NCBI GenBank assembly: GCA_963675755.2
Contig: CAXXMD010000003.1
Location: forward strand, 1,024,001 to 1,088,000
DNA length: 64,000 nt
From: a bacterium
Lineage (GTDB): Bacteria; Zhuqueibacterota; Zhuqueibacteria; Residuimicrobiales; Krinioviventaceae
Direction: 5' to 3'
Shown: piece after piece, positions 19,555 through 28,848 of the stretch
How positions within the stretch are numbered: the first letter of the stretch is position 1
How the letters are laid out: every line of letters starts with the position of its first letter
Notes under the pieces: model-generated
What the model saw: only the letters and a program-made list of their open reading frames with translations
Database searches by the model: none
Told to the model about the DNA's origin: nothing
Program-made: the position numbers and the translations under genes

Positions 19555-22041
19555 TTACATAACAGAAGTAGGGTCAACATCTATAGATATAGAAACCTTG
19601 TTCTGTTTTATCTGGTCCATAGCCTTCCGAATAGCAGATTTTAACAATCTTCCCGAAGCATCACTTTGTTTAATGCTTTTAAACAAAATGTGCCAGCGAT
19701 ACTGGTTTTGAATCTTTGCCAGGGGAGCAGGCACGGGTCCCAGCATCTGGTAACTGTTATGCTCCGGTATCTGTTTGCTAAATTGTTCAGCGGTTTTTTG
19801 TACAAGAAACTCGTTTTCGCCTTTGAACAAAATATTGATCAATCTGCTGAACGGCGGATATATCAAACCCTTGCGGTCCATGATCTCTGATTTAAAAAAG
19901 TTCTCATAATGATGCAATCTGGCAAACTGCAGGCTGTAATGTTCGGGAGAAAAGCTCTGTACAATCACTTCACCCAATTTTTCTTTTCTTCCCGCGCGGC
20001 CTGCCACCTGAGTGATCAATTGAAACGTTCGTTCCGCAGATCTAAAATCCGGTAAAAACAGTTCCGTATCAGCAGAGATTACTCCCACCAATGTAACATT
20101 GGGAAAATCTAACCCCTTTGCTACCATTTGCGTTCCCAGCAAGATCTGATATTCACGGTCGCCAAACTTTTTCAGCAAATTGTCATGTGCCATTCTGCCG
20201 CGTGTAGTGTCCAGATCCATACGCAATGCCTTAACACCGGGAAAAAGTTCATGCAGTTCTTCTTCTACACGCTGGGTACCAACACCTCTAAACAGCACTT
20301 CAGAGCCCCCACATTCGGGGCACTTTTCAGGAGCGTAACGATTGTATCCGCAATAGTGGCACTTTAATCGTCCGCCCTTGCTGTGGAACGTCATGGGTAT
20401 GTCGCAAAACCGGCATTCTGCGGTATAACCACAATCCGTACATTTATAAACCGGTGCAAACCCTCTGCGGTTTAAAAACAAGATAATCTGTTCACCCAGA
20501 TTCAGCTTTTCATCAATCTTTTTACGAAGCGGCCTGGAAAAAATAATAGGTCCCGATTTACCAATGGTCCTTGGTTCCCGTTTCATGTCAACAAGTTCAA
20601 CCTTGGGCATGGGAATATCATCAATACGCCGCGGCATTTTCAGCAATTCAAATTTATCTATATGGGTATTGTAATAGGTCTCAATAGAAGGTGTGGCAGA
20701 GCCCAATACAACCACAGCCTTGTGCAGCTGTCCTCTTACTACTGCTACATCTCTGGCATTATAGCGCGGTGTCAAATCGCTTTGTTTGAATGAAGGTTCA
20801 TGCTCTTCATCAATGATAATCAATCCCAGATTTTTTAACGGAGCAAATATTGCAGAACGCGGACCAATGACAATCTGATGTTTGCCTTCCCAGGTTTGCC
20901 GCCATGAATCATAACGCTCACCCGGAGACATGCGGCTATGGAAAACCGCCACCTTGTCGCCAAAATGCGCTCGGAACCGTCTGACCATTTGCGGTGTCAG
21001 TGCAATTTCAGGCACCAGTACAATTGCAGATTTATTTTTTTCAAGGGCGTGATAAATCGATTCAATGTAAACCTGGGTCTTTCCGCTTCCGGTTACGCCG
21101 TGCAATACAAATGTATTATAAACTTTTTCATCCAATTTTTTTGCAATAGCTTCCAGAGATTCCCGCTGGTCGGGATTTAAAGTTATTGCCTTTGGTGGAT
21201 CAATTTTCAAACTGGAATAATAATCTCTGATTACTTCACGGGTTTCCAGTTCCAGGAATCCCTTTTCCACCAGAGTAGCAACCGATGCCGGAGTTGTTTT
21301 GGCTTGCCGGGCCAGACCGGTACGTGAGAATTCACGGTCATGATTGTCCAATAATACCTGCAAACAATCCGCCTGCTTGGGAGCTTTAGCAGCAATGGAC
21401 TTTATAATAGCTTCAACTTCGTCATGGGTCAGGGTTTCAGGAAGTTTGACCAGGGTTTCATGTTTGGCATCAACCCTTGCGCGTGAAAGCTCCAGCTCTA
21501 TCCTTACAAAACCTTCCTGTCTCAACCGTTTCAAGCTTGAATAAAAGGAGCCGCCAGACATTTGCTTTTTCAGCTTGTTATAAGACATGGGATTTTGTCC
21601 ACCCAGACGTCTTACAATCTCTGCCTGACGTGGCGAGCGCACCATAAGCGAGTCAGCAAGCCTGACGGGATCATCCGTTAGCAAACGCAAAATTCGCTCA
21701 GAATTCAAATGGATTCCGGCAGGGAGCGCTGCTTTTAATACTTCTCCCCATCCACAAACATAATACTCAGCAATCCACTTTGCCAGTCCCAAAACCTCAG
21801 GAGTAAACAAAGGTACAGGATCAAGTACTTCTTCAATCGATTTGAGCTTGGGGAAATCGCTGCTGGCCTTGCGCGATACCACAAAACCGGTAGTTTTTCT
21901 GGGACCAAATGGCGCCAGAACTCGCACTCCCGGTTCTACATCATCTGCAAAGCGTTCAGGAATAATATAAGTATAAGAGTTTTGCACAGGTATGGGGAAC
22001 ACTACCTCTGCATATGGCATTTCAATATCAGGTATTTTCAT
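19555..22041 (-). CDS. priA: Primosomal protein N' (replication restart helicase)
   Basis: HGVTGSGKT, LVPEIALTPQ, DEEH, four CxxC pairs, GTQMVAKGLDF, QVAGRAGR, C-terminal IDVDP. Confidence 0.97.
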   Translation of the reverse strand: MKIPDIEMPYAEVVFPIPVQNSYTYIIPERFADDVEPGVRVLAPFGPRKTTGFVVSRKASSDFPKLKSIEEVLDPVPLFTPEVLGLAKWIAEYYVCGWGEVLKAALPAGIHLNSERILRLLTDDPVRLADSLMVRSPRQAEIVRRLGGQNPMSYNKLKKQMSGGSFYSSLKRLRQEGFVRIELELSRARVDAKHETLVKLPETLTHDEVEAIIKSIAAKAPKQADCLQVLLDNHDREFSRTGLARQAKTTPASVATLVEKGFLELETREVIRDYYSSLKIDPPKAITLNPDQRESLEAIAKKLDEKVYNTFVLHGVTGSGKTQVYIESIYHALEKNKSAIVLVPEIALTPQMVRRFRAHFGDKVAVFHSRMSPGERYDSWRQTWEGKHQIVIGPRSAIFAPLKNLGLIIIDEEHEPSFKQSDLTPRYNARDVAVVRGQLHKAVVVLGSATPSIETYYNTHIDKFELLKMPRRIDDIPMPKVELVDMKREPRTIGKSGPIIFSRPLRKKIDEKLNLGEQIILFLNRRGFAPVYKCTDCGYTAECRFCDIPMTFHSKGGRLKCHYCGYNRYAPEKCPECGGSEVLFRGVGTQRVEEELHELFPGVKALRMDLDTTRGRMAHDNLLKKFGDREYQILLGTQMVAKGLDFPNVTLVGVISADTELFLPDFRSAERTFQLITQVAGRAGRKEKLGEVIVQSFSPEHYSLQFARLHHYENFFKSEIMDRKGLIYPPFSRLINILFKGENEFLVQKTAEQFSKQIPEHNSYQMLGPVPAPLAKIQNQYRWHILFKSIKQSDASGRLLKSAIRKAMDQIKQNKVSISIDVDPTSVM

Positions 22042-22187
22042 GACAAAAGTTAATTAAAATCCTGTTCAATTTCAACAAACATTAATAAATTGTATTGAAT
22101 CATTCGCAGTATATTTTTGATTTTGCGCTTGATAGTGTAGAGTATTTTTTTTAATTTTATCATTCATATAAACAAAGGAGATTGTGA

Positions 22188-22925
22188 ATGCGTTTTCGTG
22201 TAATTTTATTGGCCTTGTTCATCATAATTGCAGGTATATCCTGCCAAAAATTTGATCCGTTTGCACCCCTGACAAATGAACAGGTTGCAAACCTGTTGGA
22301 AAAAGCAAAAGAACAGAACCCCGGTTCTGATGCTCCCTGCGACACTTTATCCCAGCAGGATATACAAACCATAATGAATGATTTAAAAAACTTTCCCAAA
22401 GAACCGGTAGGTAAAAAAGAAGTCGCTGTAATAGAGACCAATTATGGCACCATGGTTCTGGCATTTAACACCGATGTTGCACCGGAACATTGTACTGCAT
22501 TTAAACGCCTGGTTAAATCCGGATTTTATACTTGTACAAAATTCCATCGCATTGTTCCCGGATTTGTGATTCAGGGTGGAGACATTCTGACACGCGACAA
22601 TAATCCCCAGAATGATGGTTATGGAAATCCCGGGTACAGCCTGAATGCTGAATTTAATGATCTTCCGCATGGCGCTGGTGTTTTGTCAATGGCTCGTTCA
22701 CAAAGCCCGAATTCAGCCGGTAGCCAGTTCTTTATCTGTCTCTCCCGCGAAGGTACCCGCGCCCTTGACGGTAAATATACCGTGTTCGGCAAAGTGATTG
22801 GCGGTTTGGATGTGCTGGATGCCATTGCAAACGTACCGACACGCGTTGCTAATCCTCGCGCACGAGAAAAATCGTATCCAACAGTTGATGTTGTGATCAA
22901 AAACGCATATATGGTTAATCGATAG
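22188..22925 (+). CDS. Cyclophilin-type peptidyl-prolyl cis-trans isomerase, lipoprotein
   Basis: Lipobox-like GISC; FHRIVPGFVIQGGD, LSMAR..SPNSAGSQFFI, LDGKYTVFG. Confidence 0.95.
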   Translation: MRFRVILLALFIIIAGISCQKFDPFAPLTNEQVANLLEKAKEQNPGSDAPCDTLSQQDIQTIMNDLKNFPKEPVGKKEVAVIETNYGTMVLAFNTDVAPEHCTAFKRLVKSGFYTCTKFHRIVPGFVIQGGDILTRDNNPQNDGYGNPGYSLNAEFNDLPHGAGVLSMARSQSPNSAGSQFFICLSREGTRALDGKYTVFGKVIGGLDVLDAIANVPTRVANPRAREKSYPTVDVVIKNAYMVNR

Positions 22926-22930
22926 GTACC

Positions 22931-24609
22931 ATGAGCGCCCTTGAAAAATGTATATTCTTTTTACTGATAATACCCGGATTCTTGTTATCTCAAACCGGTA
23001 ATCAATTCAAATACTGGATATACTTTAATGACAAAGGGCCGCAATCATTAACAAAATCTTTTGACGGAAAACAGTATTTTACTCAAAAAGCTTTGGAACG
23101 CCGGGCCAAAATGAACACAAACGGCCCGGCATTTGATTTTGCAGACTTTCCAGTCTGCCAGGAATATTTAGACATCCTGAAAGCCAACAATATAACATTC
23201 CAAAACCGCTCAAAATGGTTAAATGCTGTTTCTGCTTATTTAAGTAGAGAACAGATTGAACAGATTTCCCAATATTCTTTTATTAAAGAAATTCAACCAG
23301 TGCTAACCGGCACAAAAGCTCCCATCAACACATTTAACGAGATATCTGTTTCAGAGGGATTACAAAAATCTGCAGCTATCGATTACGGTCCTTCTCTTTT
23401 CCAGAATGACCATTTGCGTATTCCCGAGATCCACGATAAAGGAATTACGGGACAAGGGGTTCTCATCGCTGTTCTGGATACCGGATATCGACTGACCCAT
23501 CCTGCGTTAGAGGACGTTCATGTTGTAGATAGCTACGATTTCATTCATAATGACAGCAATGTGGATAATGAAGAGGAAAATCAGGATGTGTCCAGCCAGA
23601 ACCATCACGGAACCTATGCATTATCCGTTATAGCCGGTTACAAACCCGGAGCATTAATAGGCACTGCCTTTGGAGCGGATTTCCTTCTAGCCAAAACAGA
23701 AGACATGAGAATTGAAGCGCCCGTTGAAGAAGACCACTGGATTGCAGCTGCAGAATGGGCAGATAGTCTGGGTGCGGATATTATTTCTTCCAGCATTGGA
23801 TATCTGGATTGGTACATACCCGAAGATATGGATGGTAAAACAGCACCAATCTCAATTGCCGCTGACATTGCAGTAAGCAAAGGGATTACAGTCGTTACCT
23901 CTGCGGGAATGAAGGCAATATCTCTTGGGAAATCATCAGCGCACCTGCCGATGCTTTTAATGTTATCAGTGTGGGTTCTGTCTTTGGAAATGGAAACATA
24001 ACTTCTTATAGCTCTCGCGGCCCCACAGCCGATGGGCGCATCAAACCCGAGGTTGTTGCATTGGGAGAAGGTATTGTTGCAGCCAGCACGCAAACTTCCG
24101 GATACGTTTCTTTTTCAGGTACCTCTGCATCTTGTCCACTGGTTACCGGAGTAGCAGCCCTGATTTTGAGCGCACATCCCGGGCTTACCCCCGAACAGGT
24201 TCGGGAAGCTATTATCAACACTGCAGACAGGAATACAGATCCGAACAATACCTATGGTTACGGATTAGTTAATGCAATAAAAGCATTAAATTATTGGGGT
24301 GAAACCGTTGTACTGACAGATAATAACCAGTTGGGCTGCTATCCCAATCCCTTTAATCCCGCAAATGACAATTCAGTTAGAATTATTTTCAATCTGGAAC
24401 AGACAACACACGTCAATATGAGTGTTTATAACGTACTGGGTCAGAAAATCAAAACCCTGTGGAATGCAAATCGACCTGCCGGAAACTATCAACGCATTTA
24501 CTGGAACGGTACCCATGAGAACGGTGAACCGGCAGCATCCGGTAGTTATTTCTGTTATTTCAAAACCAACAATACCTCTCACACAATACGAATCACCCTG
24601 TTAAGATAA
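22931..24609 (+). pseudogene. S8 subtilisin-like serine peptidase with T9SS-type C-terminal domain, split by a 1-nt frameshift near 23905-23909
   Basis: ORF 22931-24001 has the Asp (IAVLDTG) and His (HHGT). ORF 23971-24609 has SSRGPT.DGRIKP, the Ser (GTSAS) and YPNPFNP. Adding one base at GCGGGAAT restores SAGNEG...APADA. Confidence 0.8.
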
Positions 24610-24618
24610 AGGAAAACT

Positions 24619-25491
24619 ATGCTATTTAAAAAACCCATTTCGCTGGTACTTGGTAGCGGCGGTGCAAGAGGACTGGCCCATTTGGGAGTTCTTCGGGTAC
24701 TGGAAAGAGAAAAAATACCCATCAAACAAATTGTAGGTACAAGTATGGGTGCGGTTGTTGGCGCAGCCTATGCTCAAACTCGGGATATCAACACCGTAGA
24801 ACAAAAATTTCGTGATCTGATTGATGATTCCCGAACCTACAAAGGTACCAAATCCTATAATGGGATCAATAAAGACCACGAAGGCTGGTTTGAGCAATTA
24901 TCTTCACAGATCAAAGAACAGATCACTATGAATATAGCTCTTTTTAGAAACTCGCTGTTTTCTACAGAAAAATTACGGGTCCCTGTAAAATACATTCTTG
25001 ATGACAGCAATATTGAAGATACAAAAATCCCCTTCACAGCAATCTCTACAGATTTACTCAAAGGCTCCATGGTGTTACATAAATCCGGCCCCATCATTCA
25101 GGCTGTAATTTCCAGCGCGTCCATACCCGGTTTTTTCCCGCCAATCAAAATGGATGATACAATCCTGGTAGATGGTGCATACTCGGCCCCGGTTCCTATC
25201 ACCATTGCAAAACAATTTCACCCTCACACCAAAGTTGTAGCCGTAGATGTGTCAGGTTCACTAGAAAGCAAGCCCGATCTTGATAACAGTATCGATATTG
25301 TTCTAAGGAGTTATAGCATTTCTTCAATGCTTTATCATAATCAAATGATCAAACAGGCAGATGTACTGATCCAACCCGAGGTTAGTACATTCCACTGGTC
25401 CGAATTTGAAAAAATAGATTATTTTATTACTGAAGGTATAGAAAAAGCGGAAAAAGCATTAAAGAATATAAAAAGCTTTATGTGGTTTTGA
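24619..25491 (+). CDS. Patatin-like phospholipase (RssA type)
   Basis: LGSGGARGLAHLGVL, GTSMG nucleophile elbow, SASIPG, LVDG. Confidence 0.93.
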   Translation: MLFKKPISLVLGSGGARGLAHLGVLRVLEREKIPIKQIVGTSMGAVVGAAYAQTRDINTVEQKFRDLIDDSRTYKGTKSYNGINKDHEGWFEQLSSQIKEQITMNIALFRNSLFSTEKLRVPVKYILDDSNIEDTKIPFTAISTDLLKGSMVLHKSGPIIQAVISSASIPGFFPPIKMDDTILVDGAYSAPVPITIAKQFHPHTKVVAVDVSGSLESKPDLDNSIDIVLRSYSISSMLYHNQMIKQADVLIQPEVSTFHWSEFEKIDYFITEGIEKAEKALKNIKSFMWF

Positions 25492-26032
25492 TCGTACCGG
25501 CACCCAGATACCGGAACAAAGAATTATATGTATTTTCAGGGGTTTCACCTGTTTTTACACGAATTAAAAAGTTGTACAAATCATCACGCATGGGATGGTT
25601 AAAGCCTATACGCAAGCATGCTTTGCTCTCCCAGATCACACTGGTATTGATGTAATTATATTCCAGACTCAGATCAATAGCAATATCATATTTTTCTCTA
25701 AGAATATCCAATCGTAAGCTTTTGGGGGGCATTCCCAATGTTGAAAGCTGTGCCTTTTGATAAAAAATGCGTTTAAATCCTTTTGGAAAGCCATTATTCT
25801 GTATAGTATCTGCATTATATAACAAGGTAATTTTTGCGTTAGGAAAGACTTGACGAAAAGAATCAAATGATACAATTCCGCTCAGCTTTTGCATATCATT
25901 TGGCAGGCACAATAATACATTATTGGCGTCTTTGATTTGCTCAAAAATGCTTACCGGAGCAGGTCTATTCCCAAAGCGCGATATAAACTTGTAATATGAA
26001 ATAACAGATCTTTGTCCAAATTCTTTTATCAT
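25478..26032 (-). CDS. Hypothetical protein resembling the N-terminal half of GT9-like proteins
   Basis: EKYDIAIDLS...A.LRIGF...YN pattern; no C-terminal GT domain. Confidence 0.65.
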   Translation of the reverse strand: MIKEFGQRSVISYYKFISRFGNRPAPVSIFEQIKDANNVLLCLPNDMQKLSGIVSFDSFRQVFPNAKITLLYNADTIQNNGFPKGFKRIFYQKAQLSTLGMPPKSLRLDILREKYDIAIDLSLEYNYINTSVIWESKACLRIGFNHPMRDDLYNFLIRVKTGETPENTYNSLFRYLGAGTIKTT

Positions 26033-26420
26033 AATTGTATATTCACAAAAATAAGATGATTTCGATGGTAACCCAATATATTAAAATTCTTGTTTTAATA
26101 TAGCAATCTATCTTTAAAAGGTCAATATCAATTTTCAAAACAAACACTGTGTGTCTAAAAAAATTATTTTGCAATTATTTACAGAAAAAGGCAAAAAAGG
26201 TTTTGCTTTTTTATATTTTTATTCTAATTTAAATATTATACACCAATGATTCATACAAACCGATTCTCTTATTTGCTTTGATCGACATTCCTATCGTCTT
26301 ATGATCCGGAACTGAAATATCTCTAGAGAACAGGTACTGTTTTAAAATAAGCAACTTTAAACAATACCTGACAAGGGAAAACTATAAAGACAAGATAATT
26401 TTTTTAAATCATAAATCAAA

Positions 26421-28079
26421 ATGGAGCATAGTATGAAACAACATCATTCGATTGTAAAAGACATGCTAAAAAAAGACCCCAGTCAACTATTGGTCGATCC
26501 ATCTCGTGAGAAAATGATTTCTGATTCTGTTGCTCAAAAACGGGCAGTGGTTATGAAATCCGGTACTCTCGCAACATGGACCCCATCACATTCGACCGGG
26601 CGAAGCCCCAAAGACACCTATATGGTCAAGAATTCAACCAGCGAAAAAAATATCGACTGGACATCTGCAAACTGTATTCCCATGGAGCCGGATACATTTG
26701 AAATGGTATTTGACGATGCAATCCGTACACTGGGTGAAAAAAAGACCCTCTACACATTGAACCGTGTTGTAGGTGCAGATTCTTCATACGCTTTACCCAT
26801 TTTGACTGTTACTGATAACCCCCTGAGCGCACTTTTCATTGACAATATGTTCCGCCCGGTTCCTCTTGATCTGGAAACCAGCATTTTTGCGGAAAAACCC
26901 TTTGTATTGCTCTCATTACCTTATGATTATCTGGATACAGATAAATATAAAGACCGGGTTAGAAAACTGCCCAATGGTGAATATTCTGATCTTTTGGTAA
27001 CCATTGATTTTGATAAACGCGTGGGCATTGTGTATGGTTCAGCATATATGGGATCAATGAAAAAATTGATCTTTACCGTAATGAACTATTATCTGCCCGA
27101 AGAAAACATTCTTCCCTTACACTGTTCAGCCAATGAAGGCCCCAAAGGCGATTGTGCCATGCTGCTGGGTCTCTCAGGAACCGGAAAAACAACCTTGTCT
27201 GCAGATCCTGAACGTGCGCTTTTGGGTGATGATGAACATGGTTGGAACGACACAGGTGTTGCCAACTTTGAAAATGGCTGCTATGCAAAACTGATCAATT
27301 TAAATCCGGATAAAGAACCGGATATCTTTTATGCTACTTTTCATCCGGACCATTATCTGAGTCACGGTTCAATTGTAGAAAACCTGATGGTTTACCCTGA
27401 TGGTGCTTATGACCTGGATGATGAACGCTATACTCCCAACTCGCGTTCTTCATATCCATTGAAATACAATTCAAATGTTAAAGAATCATCAAAATCCGGG
27501 CATCCCAGCACAATCCTGTTTCTGACTGCTGACGCATACGGAGTTTTACCACCCGTATCCAAACTGACTCCGGAACAGGCTATGTTCTGGTTTATAATGG
27601 GTTACACCTCTAAACTTGCGGGAACTGAAACCGGAATTACCGAGCCCCAGGCTGCGTTTTCACGCTTTTTTGGTGCTCCTTTTATGCCGCGAAACCCGTC
27701 AGACTATGCGGACCTTCTTGGTGAAAAAATGCAGAAACACAATGTTAATGTTTATGGAATCAATACCGGCTGGAGCGGTGGTCCTTATGGTGTTGGAGAT
27801 CGTATGGACATTAACCTGACTCGTGCCATGGTTCGTGCAGCATTGAACGGTGATCTGGATAAAGTGGAATATGAACAGGATAAACTGTTCAAAATCTGGA
27901 TTCCCAAAACCTGTCCGAATGTACCCAGTGAAGTATTAAATCCTGTAAACACCTGGGACGATAAAAGCGCGTTTGAAGAAACTGCCCAAAAACTGGCCGG
28001 TTTATTCAAAGCCCATTTTGATAAAAACTTTGCAGGCAAAGTAGATGCTAAAATTGCCGCCGAGTGTCCCCTGGTATAA
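26421..28079 (+). CDS. pckA: Phosphoenolpyruvate carboxykinase (ATP)
   Basis: TGRSPKD, Y.GSMKK, LHCSAN, GLSGTGKTTLSAD, GDDEHGW, NFENGCYAK, GYTSKLAGTE; likely start is ATG 26433 after GGAG. Confidence 0.97.
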   Translation: MEHSMKQHHSIVKDMLKKDPSQLLVDPSREKMISDSVAQKRAVVMKSGTLATWTPSHSTGRSPKDTYMVKNSTSEKNIDWTSANCIPMEPDTFEMVFDDAIRTLGEKKTLYTLNRVVGADSSYALPILTVTDNPLSALFIDNMFRPVPLDLETSIFAEKPFVLLSLPYDYLDTDKYKDRVRKLPNGEYSDLLVTIDFDKRVGIVYGSAYMGSMKKLIFTVMNYYLPEENILPLHCSANEGPKGDCAMLLGLSGTGKTTLSADPERALLGDDEHGWNDTGVANFENGCYAKLINLNPDKEPDIFYATFHPDHYLSHGSIVENLMVYPDGAYDLDDERYTPNSRSSYPLKYNSNVKESSKSGHPSTILFLTADAYGVLPPVSKLTPEQAMFWFIMGYTSKLAGTETGITEPQAAFSRFFGAPFMPRNPSDYADLLGEKMQKHNVNVYGINTGWSGGPYGVGDRMDINLTRAMVRAALNGDLDKVEYEQDKLFKIWIPKTCPNVPSEVLNPVNTWDDKSAFEETAQKLAGLFKAHFDKNFAGKVDAKIAAECPLV

Positions 28080-28085
28080 TATATC

Positions 28086-28116
28086 AAGCCGGTACAGTTA
28101 TTTGTACCGGCTTTTT
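28086..28116 (+). terminator. Intrinsic terminator of pckA
   Basis: AAGCCGGTACA-gttatt-TGTACCGGCTTTTT. Confidence 0.8.
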
Positions 28117-28342
28117 ATGTCCCCTGTAGGCTACATAAAAATAAAAAGTTATCCCCTGTTGGTAACATTTTTTTAAAAATTTTTTCATGTCTCATCAGTT
28201 TAACCATAACTTGATCAAATATCACATCAAAAAAGCCTCTACGGCACAACCTAAAACCTTCAAAAACAATGCCTTACTCAAGAATGCCTGACTATTAAAT
28301 ATCAAACTTCTCTGTATATAAAAAATTGAATTTAACTCATTC

Positions 28343-28357
28343 TGGTATAATTGTTGA
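28343..28357 (+). promoter_or_regulatory. Possible sigma54-type -24/-12 promoter for the pilin-like gene
   Basis: TGGTAT-N5-TTGA versus consensus TGGCAC-N5-TTGC, about 45 nt upstream of ATG 28403; the -12 is GA rather than GC. Confidence 0.35.
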
Positions 28358-28402
28358 TTTGTAACAAGAGAAATTTGCTTTAGAATAATAACGGAGCTCA
28401 TT

Positions 28403-28798
28403 ATGGGACAATCACAACTCTTGTTGATTGTACTCACTGTAATTATTGTGGCAATTGCGGTTGTTGTTGGAATTCAAATTTTCTCCTTGTTTTCAGCAAC
28501 TTCAAATCTGGAAGCAGTTACCAATGATTTGCTGGTCCTCGCATCCAGTGCGCAGGAATACTTTATAAAGCCCAAAATGATGGGTGGAGGAGGCCACAGT
28601 TTTGAAGGCCTGACCATTGAAAAGCTCACCGTGCTTGACGATAATGAAAATGGAGCATACTCGGTAATTTCCGCAGGAGCTAGAAGACTTGTGCTGGAAG
28701 GTATCGGCACACTGGACGGAGACGATGATGGTAGTAATTGTACGGTTCGGGCAAACATATTTCAGGACAGCATTGCGGTCGAGTTTGTCAGTAGATAA
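28403..28798 (+). CDS. Pilin-like protein (MGQxQLLLIV N-terminus)
   Basis: G|Q followed by a ~20-aa hydrophobic helix, an amphipathic helix, Y..KP..MGGGG.SF.G and a small beta-rich head; GGAG RBS. Confidence 0.7.
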   Translation: MGQSQLLLIVLTVIIVAIAVVVGIQIFSLFSATSNLEAVTNDLLVLASSAQEYFIKPKMMGGGGHSFEGLTIEKLTVLDDNENGAYSVISAGARRLVLEGIGTLDGDDDGSNCTVRANIFQDSIAVEFVSR

Positions 28799-28809
28799 TC
28801 CCCTTTTAT

Positions 28810-28848
28810 AAAAAAGCCCGGTTTTTAATTAAATTTCCGGGCTTTTTT
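28810..28848 (+). terminator. Intrinsic terminator after the pilin-like gene
   Basis: AAAAAAGCCCGG...CCGGGCTTTTTT. Confidence 0.75.

Noticed and set aside
23895-23915. Programmed -1 frameshift in the subtilase
   Set aside because: No complete slippery heptamer or obvious downstream stimulator, and the truncated product would lack the catalytic Ser.
26286-26398. Assignment of the pckA leader to a known riboswitch (glycine, TPP, SAM, c-di-AMP)
   Set aside because: The core conserved nucleotides of each class are missing; kept only as an unassigned structured-leader candidate.
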